This document shows, piece by piece, positions 7,716-17,466 of a DNA stretch of 37,498 nt. How positions within the stretch are numbered: the stretch's first letter is position 1; each line of letters begins with the position of its first letter. The position numbers and the translations under genes are program-made. Source of the stretch: Fidelibacterota bacterium (lineage in GTDB: Bacteria > Fidelibacterota > Marinisomatia > Marinisomatales > TCS55); NCBI GenBank assembly GCA_046861385.1, contig JBHHTW010000023.1, positions 1 to 37,498 of the forward strand. Reading direction: 5' to 3'. Below the pieces are notes generated by a model. It worked only from the letters and a program-made list of their open reading frames with translations, was not told where the DNA came from and ran no database searches.

Positions 7716-10528
7716 AGCAATTTTTGATAATTGCATTATTTTCTGTTTTTCTTTTTCCCCAAAGCAACGGGGTGATATCTGGTAGAGTCGTTGATTCAAA
7801 AACAAATGAAGGTCTCGCCGGTGTTAATGTCATGATTAAGGGAACATATTATGGTGCAGCGTCAGATTTAGACGGCCGTTTTCGAATCACCGGTGTTTCA
7901 TATGGCACTTACGATATTGAAGCATCTATTATCGGATATAAGATTTTGCTGCAAACGGGTATTACTGTAGAACCCGGTGAACCTACTGTACTGGCTTTTA
8001 TTATGGAAGAGACCGTTTTAACATTGGGAGAAGAAGTGGTTGTTGTTGGTTCCAAACCTCTCTTTGATGTGGATGAAACGTCAAGTGTCACTCGAGTAAC
8101 GAGTGAAGATATTTCTAATAAAGTTGTTTCCAGCGTTGAAGATATATTATCTGAACAAGTCGGAGTAACAACTCAAGACAATGAAATACATATTCGTGGT
8201 GGGCGCATTGATGAAAGCATGTTCGTTGTAGACGGACAATCCATTAAAGACCCTTTATCGGGATATTCCGGGAACCTTTTTATTAATCCAGAGGCCATTG
8301 AGGATTTAGAAATTGTAACGGGAGGATATAATGCCGAATATGGCCAGGCTATGTCCGGGATTATTAACATCAAGCTAAAAGAAGGCCGAGATCATTTTGA
8401 AGGCGCTTTCAAATATTCCAGTGATAATTGGGGAATTGGCCAAGATGCAATCACTCATTATTCTACAGATAGAGTCGAGTTTAATCTGGGTGGACCTGAC
8501 CCGATTTTAGAACAATTTTTACTCAAGTTAGGGCTTGATTTACCTGGTGCGTTTTCCATTTTTGTAAATGGTTATGGAAAAATGTATGATAGTAATCTTC
8601 CTACAGCGAATCAAATTTATCCACATAGATTTTGGTCAATTCCCGGGATAAGCGATAAAACTCAAAATGAATTAATGTCTTCATTAGCACCTCGAGAAAA
8701 TAATGACTGGCATGCTTTATATAAACTAACGTGGGGAATTTCACCGAGAAAAAAATTGAGCATTTCTTACGATATCTCATTGAACATAAATCAGGGCTAT
8801 TTCATGCCCAGGGCATTTTCATCTACATACTATCCTTATACCTACCAGGAAATTTTAAATAATTATAATACAATTACCCGCGAAACACGGTTGGTGAATT
8901 TAAACTGGACTCATACATTGAGTACTCAATCGTTTTATGAAATCACCATAGGCAGGTTTTTGACTCTTGAGCACAGCGCAGTTCAAGATCTTCACTGGAC
9001 CGAGTATAAAGAGCGGCTGGATTTGGACCCCATCAACTACACCGTGATTGATCAGGACGGAAACATTACTATTACTTATGGAGATGAATTTTACGATACC
9101 GGGGTAGCTCCGGAATGGTATGATATTTCCAGTGATAACTATCGTATCGACGCTGATTGGACATATCGTACGCAGAATCGCCACAAACTCAAAACAGGGA
9201 TTGAAAATACGATTACTGAAATTCAAGTTATTGATATTGATGAACCTTGGGCTGGAAAATCGGGTTTTGGGGCTAATTATGATATGTATAATGCTCTCAC
9301 CACTTTTGGAGCAGTCTATGTTCAGGATCGGATCACTTTCGAGGGAATGACTGTTAATATAGGCATGCGTTATGATTATTGGTTCCCAGGGAAATACGTA
9401 GAGGAAGCTATCAATAATCCAAACACGGTCATTATTACCGATGCAGCACGGAAAAGATTCCATGAAGAAACGTTTGAATTATTTGGATACAAAGGAAAGG
9501 GAAGATTCAGCCCTCGATTTGGTATATCCCATCCCGTAACCGATAATGATGTTCTATATTTTTACTATGGCCATTTTTCCCAATTACCCACATTCCAGTA
9601 TGTTTATGCAAAACTTAATTCTCTGTCTCAATCAACCTATCAGGTTTTTGGAAATCCTAACCTGAATCCGAAAACAACAGTCCAATATGAATTAGGAATA
9701 AAACACAGATTCAGTGAGGATCAAGTACTGGAAATGAAAGCATACTGGAAAGATATGTTTGATTATGAAACATCTCAAACCATCACCCCTTCAAACCCAA
9801 AATATGCTCATTTACGTTTTAACATGTATTTTAATGCGGATTACGCCAGAGCCAGGGGGATTGAAATGATCCTGAAAAGCAGGGTTTTAAAACGATGGTA
9901 TGTAGATATGAATTTCAATTATTCCATCATTACTGGAAAGAGCTCATCTCCCTTAGATAATTTACTTGTCCAAGCAGGAGCATTAAGCGAAAAACCGTTG
10001 GGTGAGAATTACATGAGTTGGGATAAACCGTTTCAATTTTTTAGTAACATCTATTATAACCATCCAGCAAACTGGGGAGCTTCACTTCGGTTTGAATTTG
10101 GCTCCGGACGTCGATATACAAAATCCTTTCCAGGGACAAATGATTACGAAGATGGAATAAGATATATAAATGATGTACCATATTATGTTGGTTCAAGGGA
10201 CGGTGATAATCCCAATGCTTACATCAGCGAATATACTCCAGAATTATTCAAATTATTGGGAATGGACAATGTGAATGGTTACAGCACAGTGGATTTAAAA
10301 CTCTATAAATCATTTAAAATAATCGGAATGAAATACAAGATATATTTAGAGATAGAAAACATTTTTAATGAACATATACCCAGACGCATTAATCCATATA
10401 CAGGAAGAGGATATAACCCGGGAGAAATTATTCCTTATAGCATGATTAATAGTCCAAATCCTAACAATGATCCATCCCGGAATAGAAGACCTCGAACAGT
10501 AGAATTAGGAATGCAGGTTATTTTCTAA
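7712..10528 (+). CDS. TonB-dependent receptor with N-terminal carboxypeptidase-regulatory-like domain
   Basis: 938 aa, GTG start overlapping previous TGA; GVISGRVVDSKTNEGLAGVNVMIKGT; plug IHIRGGR..VVDG..IEDLEIVTGGYNAEYGQAMSGIINI; GNPNLNPKTTVQYELG; terminal Phe. Confidence 0.93.
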   Translation: MKQFLIIALFSVFLFPQSNGVISGRVVDSKTNEGLAGVNVMIKGTYYGAASDLDGRFRITGVSYGTYDIEASIIGYKILLQTGITVEPGEPTVLAFIMEETVLTLGEEVVVVGSKPLFDVDETSSVTRVTSEDISNKVVSSVEDILSEQVGVTTQDNEIHIRGGRIDESMFVVDGQSIKDPLSGYSGNLFINPEAIEDLEIVTGGYNAEYGQAMSGIINIKLKEGRDHFEGAFKYSSDNWGIGQDAITHYSTDRVEFNLGGPDPILEQFLLKLGLDLPGAFSIFVNGYGKMYDSNLPTANQIYPHRFWSIPGISDKTQNELMSSLAPRENNDWHALYKLTWGISPRKKLSISYDISLNINQGYFMPRAFSSTYYPYTYQEILNNYNTITRETRLVNLNWTHTLSTQSFYEITIGRFLTLEHSAVQDLHWTEYKERLDLDPINYTVIDQDGNITITYGDEFYDTGVAPEWYDISSDNYRIDADWTYRTQNRHKLKTGIENTITEIQVIDIDEPWAGKSGFGANYDMYNALTTFGAVYVQDRITFEGMTVNIGMRYDYWFPGKYVEEAINNPNTVIITDAARKRFHEETFELFGYKGKGRFSPRFGISHPVTDNDVLYFYYGHFSQLPTFQYVYAKLNSLSQSTYQVFGNPNLNPKTTVQYELGIKHRFSEDQVLEMKAYWKDMFDYETSQTITPSNPKYAHLRFNMYFNADYARARGIEMILKSRVLKRWYVDMNFNYSIITGKSSSPLDNLLVQAGALSEKPLGENYMSWDKPFQFFSNIYYNHPANWGASLRFEFGSGRRYTKSFPGTNDYEDGIRYINDVPYYVGSRDGDNPNAYISEYTPELFKLLGMDNVNGYSTVDLKLYKSFKIIGMKYKIYLEIENIFNEHIPRRINPYTGRGYNPGEIIPYSMINSPNPNNDPSRNRRPRTVELGMQVIF

Positions 10529-10637
10529 TGCAAAATTATACGACTAAAACAATGAACATTCCGTTTTTAGATAACCTCTCTTTTTTGCCTGTCCGACTTG
10601 TGGCACTAATAACCGAAATACAAAGGGATAAAAAACA

Positions 10638-11696
10638 ATGAGAGTAAATTCCTTATTATTTTGGATTATTAATTTGGTGGGAGGCAAATATTTTTTCCCA
10701 TTAACTAAAGCCTGCGTAATAATATCATTTTTCACATTTGCTCAAGGACAAAATTTTTTCCCTATCCTTGGCGGTCAGCGAGTGGGGACATCCGTATTTA
10801 CATTTCTGAAAATCGGCGTCAGCGCCAGGGCTGTCGGAATGGGTGAAGCGGTTGCTGCCCTTCAACAGGACGCTGGGTCTGTTTATTATAATCCTGGGAC
10901 GATAGCTCAATTTAAGCAATCTGAGTTTTCAGCTTCTCGAATCCAATGGCCGGCAGAAATAAATTATGATTATTTTAGTTTAACTCGAAAAATTACAGGA
11001 CGCCATTTTGCCGGAATTTCCTTTGGTATTTTGCATTTGGCTCCCATGCGTGAAACGACAGAATTTTTACCCCACGGTACAGGAAATTATTTTCTATTTC
11101 AAGACCGGTTTATTGCACTCACATATGGTGTGCGCATGACCGATCGGTTTAGTTTTGGCATTACCTTAAAACAGGTCGAAGAAGAATTGGCAGGGCAAAC
11201 AATGAGTACAGGTATGCTGGACATGGGGACCTTTTATTGGACGGGATTTCGTTCATTAAGTTTTTCAGCTTCTCTCTCTCATTTTGGACCACAGGCTAAA
11301 CCGGATGGAACATTTCAGAAACATGTTTTAGATACTGAAACGGGTGAAGAAAAAATAATAAAAGCTGATTTTGAATCTTTTTCACCGCCAACAGTTTTCC
11401 GTGTAGGTGCTGCGATGGATATCTGGAAGACTGAAATGCAATCAATTATTGTTGCCTTGCAGATGAACCATCCGGTGGATAATGCAGAAAATATTTCTAC
11501 AGGGTTCGAATACAATCTTGCCGATTTACTATTTTTAAGAAGTGGATATAAAATCAATAAAGAAGAAGAAAACGTATCTTTTGGCGCAGGTCTCATTATT
11601 CCAATTGGCAAACTCAAACTCAGAGTAGATTATGCCATAGCCAATTTTAATCATTTATCAGATCCGCAACGATTGTCATTAGGAATTGCGTTTTGA
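10638..11696 (+). CDS. PorV/PorQ-family (FadL-like) outer-membrane beta-barrel
   Basis: 352 aa (start uncertain); signature FLKIGVSARAVGMGEA..D..SVYYNPG; amphipathic strands; ends RLSLGIAF. Confidence 0.85.
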   Translation: MRVNSLLFWIINLVGGKYFFPLTKACVIISFFTFAQGQNFFPILGGQRVGTSVFTFLKIGVSARAVGMGEAVAALQQDAGSVYYNPGTIAQFKQSEFSASRIQWPAEINYDYFSLTRKITGRHFAGISFGILHLAPMRETTEFLPHGTGNYFLFQDRFIALTYGVRMTDRFSFGITLKQVEEELAGQTMSTGMLDMGTFYWTGFRSLSFSASLSHFGPQAKPDGTFQKHVLDTETGEEKIIKADFESFSPPTVFRVGAAMDIWKTEMQSIIVALQMNHPVDNAENISTGFEYNLADLLFLRSGYKINKEEENVSFGAGLIIPIGKLKLRVDYAIANFNHLSDPQRLSLGIAF

Positions 11697-13030
11697 AAAA
11701 AATAAAAGCAATTTTTATTGCCCTCATCATTGTTCTCTTTTTTGCTTGTGTTGACAAAATGCAGCTTCCAGACTCTCTGGATACCAATACGGAATTTTCT
11801 GCGGGAGATACAACCTTTATCCTTGTTCAGCCAATTTGGGATGAATCTATGGGGCTTCAATCTCCTCTTGAAATTTCAGTTGCACAAGACGGCCATGTAT
11901 TTGTTGCAGACACAAGTGCAAATTCAATTCTTGTATTTTCGCAAGATGGAGAACCGTTATCGAACTTTACAGATTTACAGCACTTAGAAATAAAACCGAT
12001 TGATGTGGATATTGATCAGAAAATGAATATCTATTTTATTGATGGCAGTGAAAAAATCTATGTTTGGAACCAGTATATCAACGATGTCGGAATAGACGAG
12101 ATGGCTATTTCTGGTTCATTTTATAACGAAGATGCAGGGTCAGTTACAATAGATGCTTTATCAGAAGAGTGGGTGATTTATTTGGAAAATAACGATTGGG
12201 TGCTCGAAGGCGTGACTTGGGGTATGCCTGAAAATGTGATTGATTCACTTCTCGCTCCCCATATCTTTTATGATGGCACTAACCCTACCCATTCATTTAA
12301 TGATATTTATTATGAATCGGGACTGTCATCATTTTCAGGTTTATCCGCAACACGGGACAAAAACAATTACATTTATGCATTAGACTTTACACATGATCGC
12401 ATTGTCCGTATAGATCTTCATAAAACACATTTAATTAAATTGAAAAATGGAGAAAAGATTTGGGTGCATAGAGGTGAATTTGAGTCATCAATATCTGAAT
12501 TTGGAACCGGAGCAGGAACGGTGAACAACCCCTTAGGAATTGATGTTGATTACAATGGAAATATATACTACGCACAGACTGGCGATTACTTTTCAGTTCA
12601 TAAAATACGACCACTGACGTCAGGGACATATACGACTTATCCTTCCGTATTTCAGCAAGGGGTTAACGATATTATGGATCTGTTTCGATTTTCAAATCCG
12701 AACGATATCGCTGTGGATAATAAACAATTTGTTTACGTCTCCAATACTGAAGAGCAAGAAATTCAAGTGTTTAATTCTGACGGACAATTTTTTCTCAAAG
12801 CCGGCGTAGAAACAATGATAATAGATACAACGATTTACATTTTTAACGGTACAGATACGGTATCAGTAGATACATTTATGACCGTGGAAGAAAAAGGATT
12901 ATTAGTAGAACCACAGGGAATCACAGTTGATAGTAGGGGAATAATATATATTTGTGATACACCAACCGGTCGTATTTTACGCTATAGGCTTTCCAATCAA
13001 TTAGATGAAGATCTACAACCGGTTCAATAA
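11693..13030 (+). CDS. NHL-repeat beta-propeller lipoprotein
   Basis: 445 aa, TTG start overlapping TGA; lipobox FFA-C; repeats PLEISVAQDGHVFVADT, PLGIDVDYNGNIYYA, PNDIAVDNKQFVYVSNT, PQGITVDSRGIIYICDT. Confidence 0.85.
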   Translation: MKKIKAIFIALIIVLFFACVDKMQLPDSLDTNTEFSAGDTTFILVQPIWDESMGLQSPLEISVAQDGHVFVADTSANSILVFSQDGEPLSNFTDLQHLEIKPIDVDIDQKMNIYFIDGSEKIYVWNQYINDVGIDEMAISGSFYNEDAGSVTIDALSEEWVIYLENNDWVLEGVTWGMPENVIDSLLAPHIFYDGTNPTHSFNDIYYESGLSSFSGLSATRDKNNYIYALDFTHDRIVRIDLHKTHLIKLKNGEKIWVHRGEFESSISEFGTGAGTVNNPLGIDVDYNGNIYYAQTGDYFSVHKIRPLTSGTYTTYPSVFQQGVNDIMDLFRFSNPNDIAVDNKQFVYVSNTEEQEIQVFNSDGQFFLKAGVETMIIDTTIYIFNGTDTVSVDTFMTVEEKGLLVEPQGITVDSRGIIYICDTPTGRILRYRLSNQLDEDLQPVQ

Positions 13031-13970
13031 ATACATATTATTATTCCCCATATTTGCGCTGTTGTCCGGGCAGGGAACGGAAACAGCATTCATTAAATAT
13101 TATAAAACCAATCGACAGTTCATTGCAGATGTACCCATGCTGGCAACTGAACGCAGAGGGCAATCTCATCTTGAAGTGACTTTTAATGAGAATAAACAAC
13201 CGGTTTTAAAGCGATGGTTGAATGATAATCAAGATTTGGTCAAAGAGGAAATGTTAGTTTATAACAGATCAAATACTTTGCAGAAACGGTTATTTCTTGA
13301 TAAAAATCGCAAGACTGAAAAGATAATTCACTATGGAGAAAAAGAACTTTGGAGTGTTGAATTCAGAAATTATTCAAGCCCCAAAAAGAATGTAAATTAT
13401 TTTATTGGACAGCAGACTGAATTTCTGTTAAACAACAGCAATGAGATTCAAAACATTATTTTTCGTACAATTGATAATCATAAATATGGCGCAATCAACC
13501 TAACGTATGATCATTTAGGCTTCTTGCGTGAAGAAGTTTGGAGAGTTCTTCCGAATGATGAAGTCATACGGAAATTTGTGTATCATTATGACATTATTAA
13601 TAACATTCAACAAATCTGGGAATATGGTATTGGTGGTCGGGAGATAAGTCATGTATCGTTAAGCATGGCTCCGGAGGACAAATTGTATACAACACCACCT
13701 CCAAGAACAGGAAATGTGCTGGATGAAGCTGATGTTATCTTACAGGAATTACTATCAAAGAGAATCGTAACACCAATACCTGCCTTTATTCCTTTTACTG
13801 AACGGGATCAAATAATATTTATCGATGGAGAAACATTGGATATCGTTTTTGTGGCGATTGATGATAACTATCTTTGGTTCTCACTTCCAAATGAGTCAGA
13901 TGTATTAAGTATTCCCTTAGATCGAATTTCTTCAGCAACGAGCAAATTTGGAAAACAGCTTTACCCTTAA
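13005..13970 (+). CDS. hypothetical exported protein
   Basis: 321-aa ORF overlapping the upstream gene by 26 nt; signal-peptide-like N-terminus; beta-hairpin-rich; no family recognised. Confidence 0.7.
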   Translation: MKIYNRFNKYILLFPIFALLSGQGTETAFIKYYKTNRQFIADVPMLATERRGQSHLEVTFNENKQPVLKRWLNDNQDLVKEEMLVYNRSNTLQKRLFLDKNRKTEKIIHYGEKELWSVEFRNYSSPKKNVNYFIGQQTEFLLNNSNEIQNIIFRTIDNHKYGAINLTYDHLGFLREEVWRVLPNDEVIRKFVYHYDIINNIQQIWEYGIGGREISHVSLSMAPEDKLYTTPPPRTGNVLDEADVILQELLSKRIVTPIPAFIPFTERDQIIFIDGETLDIVFVAIDDNYLWFSLPNESDVLSIPLDRISSATSKFGKQLYP

Positions 13971-14059
13971 GACTGAAAAAATTATGAACATGAATTACTG
14001 AAGACGAAGTAATTTTCAAGTCAATGATCATCCTTTCACATTCAACATTCAGCCTAACG

Positions 14060-14089
14060 TTGCAATCTCTTCAAACTTCTGATTAAATT
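14060..14089 (+). promoter_or_regulatory. putative sigma70 promoter, possibly giving a leaderless mRNA
   Basis: TTGCAA (14060-14065), 18 nt, TAAATT (14084-14089); ATG at 14095; no SD. Confidence 0.4.
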
Positions 14090-14094
14090 TAAGC

Positions 14095-14865
14095 ATGAAA
14101 CACATACCGCATGATTTTCTTTTATTACTATTATCTGGAATTCTTTTAGCTCAGGACACATATCCACCGCCAACGAATCTTGTAACAATCCCAACCGCCG
14201 GAACACTGGTTCGTGGAAGCTTTGCAATGAAAATACATGTCCAGAAAAATGGCGGTTTAACTTCAGGATTGAAAGTTGGAATTACAGATCGATTTCAATT
14301 TGGTCTTATGTTCGGCGCAAGCAATCTAATTGGAGATGATAGTCTCCGTTGGTACCCACGGCCGGAAGTGAATTTAAAATACCGTCTCATTGATGAAACC
14401 ACAACCATGCCCGGTATTTCTCTGGGTTTGGATACACAGGGATTTGGTACTTTTAATGAAGCTGATTCATTGAAGCGATATGAAATTAAAGCATACGGTT
14501 TGTTTTTATCTGGGAGTAAAAACTGGACAACACCTTTGGGGAATATGGGAATTCACGGCGGAATGAATTATAATTTTACTGAAATACTTGATGGGGATGA
14601 GGATCCAAGTTTGTTTATGGGATTGGATTTAGAATTTAATCCTGAGCTATCATTGCTCTTTGAATATAATGCAGCGTTAAATGAAAATGATTTAAGAGCA
14701 AGGGATATTTCGCTCAACAGAGGCGGGTATTTAAATGCAGCAGTACGGTGGACATTTGTGGAGCACCTCCATATTGAATTAGATTTTAATAATCTTCTTT
14801 TTGATAAAGACCGGGTAAATTATTTCAACCGCGAACTCAAAATTATTTATATCGAATATTTTTAA
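14095..14865 (+). CDS. YjbH-like outer-membrane beta-barrel protein
   Basis: 256 aa; signal peptide; LVTIPTAGTL, VNLKYRLIDE..PGISLG; terminal YIEYF. Confidence 0.65.
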   Translation: MKHIPHDFLLLLLSGILLAQDTYPPPTNLVTIPTAGTLVRGSFAMKIHVQKNGGLTSGLKVGITDRFQFGLMFGASNLIGDDSLRWYPRPEVNLKYRLIDETTTMPGISLGLDTQGFGTFNEADSLKRYEIKAYGLFLSGSKNWTTPLGNMGIHGGMNYNFTEILDGDEDPSLFMGLDLEFNPELSLLFEYNAALNENDLRARDISLNRGGYLNAAVRWTFVEHLHIELDFNNLLFDKDRVNYFNRELKIIYIEYF

Positions 14866-14917
14866 ACTTATTAGCAACGTAATTTCTTAATCATTAACTA
14901 ATTACGTTTTATCAAAG

Positions 14918-15457
14918 ATGCCCAAACTAAAAGAAATACGGCTTTCTACTACACAAGTTTACCAAGGATCATTTCTTGATGTCAGGCGCGATGATGTCTC
15001 TTTACCGAATGGTCGAATATCCACAAGAGAATGGATCAATCACCCAGGCGCTTCCTGTATTATCCCCATCTTGCCCGGTGGGGAAATTGCTCTCATTAAG
15101 CAATACCGTTATCCCGTTCAAGCAGAAATGATTGAATTGCCGGCAGGAAAATTAGATCCGGATGAAGATCCGGAAATGTGTGCTCGGAGAGAACTAGAGG
15201 AAGAAATTGGGTATTCCCCGGGTAAAATGACTTTCGTTTGCAATATTCACCCTGCGATTGGATTTGCCAATGAAAAAATGTGGATCTATATAGCTGAGGA
15301 TTTAATAAAAACAAAAACCAATAAGGACCATGATGAGTTTTTGGAATTAATACCGACGAGTATTAATGATGCTATTAAAATGGTTTGGGATGGTTTGATT
15401 ACAGATGTAAAAACAATTATTGGTCTTTTGTGGGCGGAAAAATTGCTGAAAATGTAA
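14918..15457 (+). CDS. nudF: Nudix hydrolase, ADP-ribose pyrophosphatase family
   Basis: Nudix box GKLDPDEDPEMCARRELEEEIG; REWINHPGA, KQYRYP, ELPAG. Confidence 0.85.
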   Translation: MPKLKEIRLSTTQVYQGSFLDVRRDDVSLPNGRISTREWINHPGASCIIPILPGGEIALIKQYRYPVQAEMIELPAGKLDPDEDPEMCARRELEEEIGYSPGKMTFVCNIHPAIGFANEKMWIYIAEDLIKTKTNKDHDEFLELIPTSINDAIKMVWDGLITDVKTIIGLLWAEKLLKM

Positions 15458-15537
15458 TTTTCCCAAACCAAGTATTTTTGTTATATATCCATCTTTTGAA
15501 ATATTTATACACTATAATGACGTCGTAATTTATCAAT

Positions 15538-16458
15538 ATGAAATCACATTTATCCACTGCGCTTAAAACCCAAGCGCTCAAACTCGGATTTCAAAAAGTC
15601 GGGATTACTCCCGCTGTTTCAACTCCTAAAGAAGAAACAAATCTCAAAGAATGGATAGATCAAAACCATCATGGGACAATGGGGTGGATTGAAAAACGGA
15701 AGGAAGAAAGGGGGAATATTTTCAAGTATTTCCCGGATGCGAAATCCATTATTTCAGTGGGAATGAATTATTATTCCGGGTATAAACAAAGCGATTTTAA
15801 ATCAGATTATAAAATAAGTAATTGCGCCTGGGGAGATGATTATCACGATGTGTTGAAATCCAGATTATATAAATTGTTGGATTGGTTGGAAAAAGAGGGT
15901 ACTGATGTAAAAGGAATTGTGTGTGGTGATACATCTCCAGTTATGGACAAAGTCTGGGCTCAAAAAGCAGGATTGGGTTGGCAGGGAAAGCATACAAATC
16001 TGATTTCGTCAGATTATGGCAGCTGGCTTTTTCTGGGTGAATTAATATTAGATATTGAACTTGAATATGATGCGCCGTTTCCTGATGATCTTTGTGGGAC
16101 CTGTACCGCTTGCATCGATGCGTGCCCGACCCATGCCCTTGATGAATTTAAAATATTTGCGGAGAAATGTATTTCATACTTATCCATTGAACATCGCGGC
16201 CAACTGTCAGGAAACCAATCAAATCTTTATAATTGGATATATGGCTGCGATATATGCCAAGATGTATGTCCATGGAATCAAAAATTTTCACAAAAAACTG
16301 AGGAAAATTCTTTTCAACCAAAAAAAGAAATTATCGAATGGAATAATGAAAATTGGCATATTTTAAATGAAGATGGATTTCGTAAATTATTTAAAGGTTC
16401 TGCAGTAAAAAGAACGAAATATTCAGGATTATCAAGAAATATTAAAATCAATAAATAA
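15538..16458 (+). CDS. queG: tRNA epoxyqueuosine(34) reductase
   Basis: AWGDDYH, DTSPV, AGLGWQGKH, YGSWLFLGE, CGTCTACIDACPT, CISY, GCDICQDVCPWN. Confidence 0.95.
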   Translation: MKSHLSTALKTQALKLGFQKVGITPAVSTPKEETNLKEWIDQNHHGTMGWIEKRKEERGNIFKYFPDAKSIISVGMNYYSGYKQSDFKSDYKISNCAWGDDYHDVLKSRLYKLLDWLEKEGTDVKGIVCGDTSPVMDKVWAQKAGLGWQGKHTNLISSDYGSWLFLGELILDIELEYDAPFPDDLCGTCTACIDACPTHALDEFKIFAEKCISYLSIEHRGQLSGNQSNLYNWIYGCDICQDVCPWNQKFSQKTEENSFQPKKEIIEWNNENWHILNEDGFRKLFKGSAVKRTKYSGLSRNIKINK

Positions 16459-16467
16459 GGAGGTATT

Positions 16468-17118
16468 ATGCCTAGAATAGGAGTTGTTTTATCAGGCTGC
16501 GGGTTTAACGACGGGGCTGAAATTCATGAATCCGTTATCACAATGCTTGAGCTGGACAAAGCAGGCGCCGATATGGTTCTTATGGCCCCTAATATTGACC
16601 AACTACAAGTGATTAATCATTATACGGGTCAGGAAATGGATGAATATAGAAATGTGCTTGTCGAGTCAGCAAGAATTGCTCGCGGAAATATTAAAGATAT
16701 GGCTGAAGTATCATCCAGCGATGTGGATGCGTTAATTTTCCCGGGAGGTTTCGGCGTTGCAAAAAACTTATGCGACTATGCTATGACAGGCGCCAATTGC
16801 TCAATAAATCCGGACGTGTTAAGGTTAGCTAATGATGTACATAAAGAAAAAAAACCAATTGGAGTTATTTGTATCGCTCCGGCAATGATGGCAAAAATCC
16901 TTGGTGAAAATACTGAGTTAACTATCGGTTTTGATGAACAGACAGCTAATGATATCAATGCAATGGGAGCAAAACATATCAGCTGTCCAGTAGATGAGAT
17001 TATTATTGACTCAAAAAAGAAAGTGGTTTCAACACCGGCTTACATGGAGGCAAAGAGCATCAAAGAAGCGGCTCAGGGAATTTCAAAGCTGGTCGCAGAA
17101 ATTCTCAATATGATTTAA
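16468..17118 (+). CDS. elbB: ElbB/ES1 glyoxalase (DJ-1/PfpI superfamily)
   Basis: VVLSGCGFNDGAEIHE, RNVLVESARIARG, PGGFGVAKNL, CIAP, STPAYM; SD AAGGAGGT. Confidence 0.95.
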   Translation: MPRIGVVLSGCGFNDGAEIHESVITMLELDKAGADMVLMAPNIDQLQVINHYTGQEMDEYRNVLVESARIARGNIKDMAEVSSSDVDALIFPGGFGVAKNLCDYAMTGANCSINPDVLRLANDVHKEKKPIGVICIAPAMMAKILGENTELTIGFDEQTANDINAMGAKHISCPVDEIIIDSKKKVVSTPAYMEAKSIKEAAQGISKLVAEILNMI

Positions 17119-17169
17119 ACAATAGAGAGGTAAATAGGGAATCTGCTTTGACACATAACCACATTAAAA

Positions 17170-17466
17170 ATGATCAAAGTTTGTCATAAAAGCGAATTAT
17201 CAAAGCAAACAGCAAAAGTGATTATGGTTGACGAGACCCCAGTGGCAGTATTTAATGTTAACGGTAAAATTTTTGCTTGGGACAATCGCTGCCCACATCG
17301 AGGCGCGTCTTTGGGAGACGGTTATATTACAGACACAACCGTCCAATGCAAATTTCATTTATGGGAATTTGACATTGAAAAGAAATGTGCAGTGGCAAAT
17401 GAAGCCATAAAAATAAAATCATATGATGTGGAAATAATAGAAGAGGAAATCTTTATAAAAATCTAA
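17170..17466 (+). CDS. Rieske [2Fe-2S] ferredoxin (NirD-like)
   Basis: 98 aa; CPHRGASL..G and CKFH..FD ligand boxes. Confidence 0.9.
   Translation: MIKVCHKSELSKQTAKVIMVDETPVAVFNVNGKIFAWDNRCPHRGASLGDGYITDTTVQCKFHLWEFDIEKKCAVANEAIKIKSYDVEIIEEEIFIKI

Noticed and set aside
8900-9463. 187-aa antisense ORF and the other short nested ORFs in the track
   Set aside because: Shadow frames of well-supported genes, with no motifs or RBS
14876-14908. AT-rich inverted repeat before the Nudix gene
   Set aside because: Weak stem; cannot distinguish a terminator or operator from chance
15538-16458. queG substitutions (SNCAWG, CGDT) as signs of inactivation
   Set aside because: The DYH His, the catalytic-position Asp and the Fe-S cysteines are intact and the frame is unbroken
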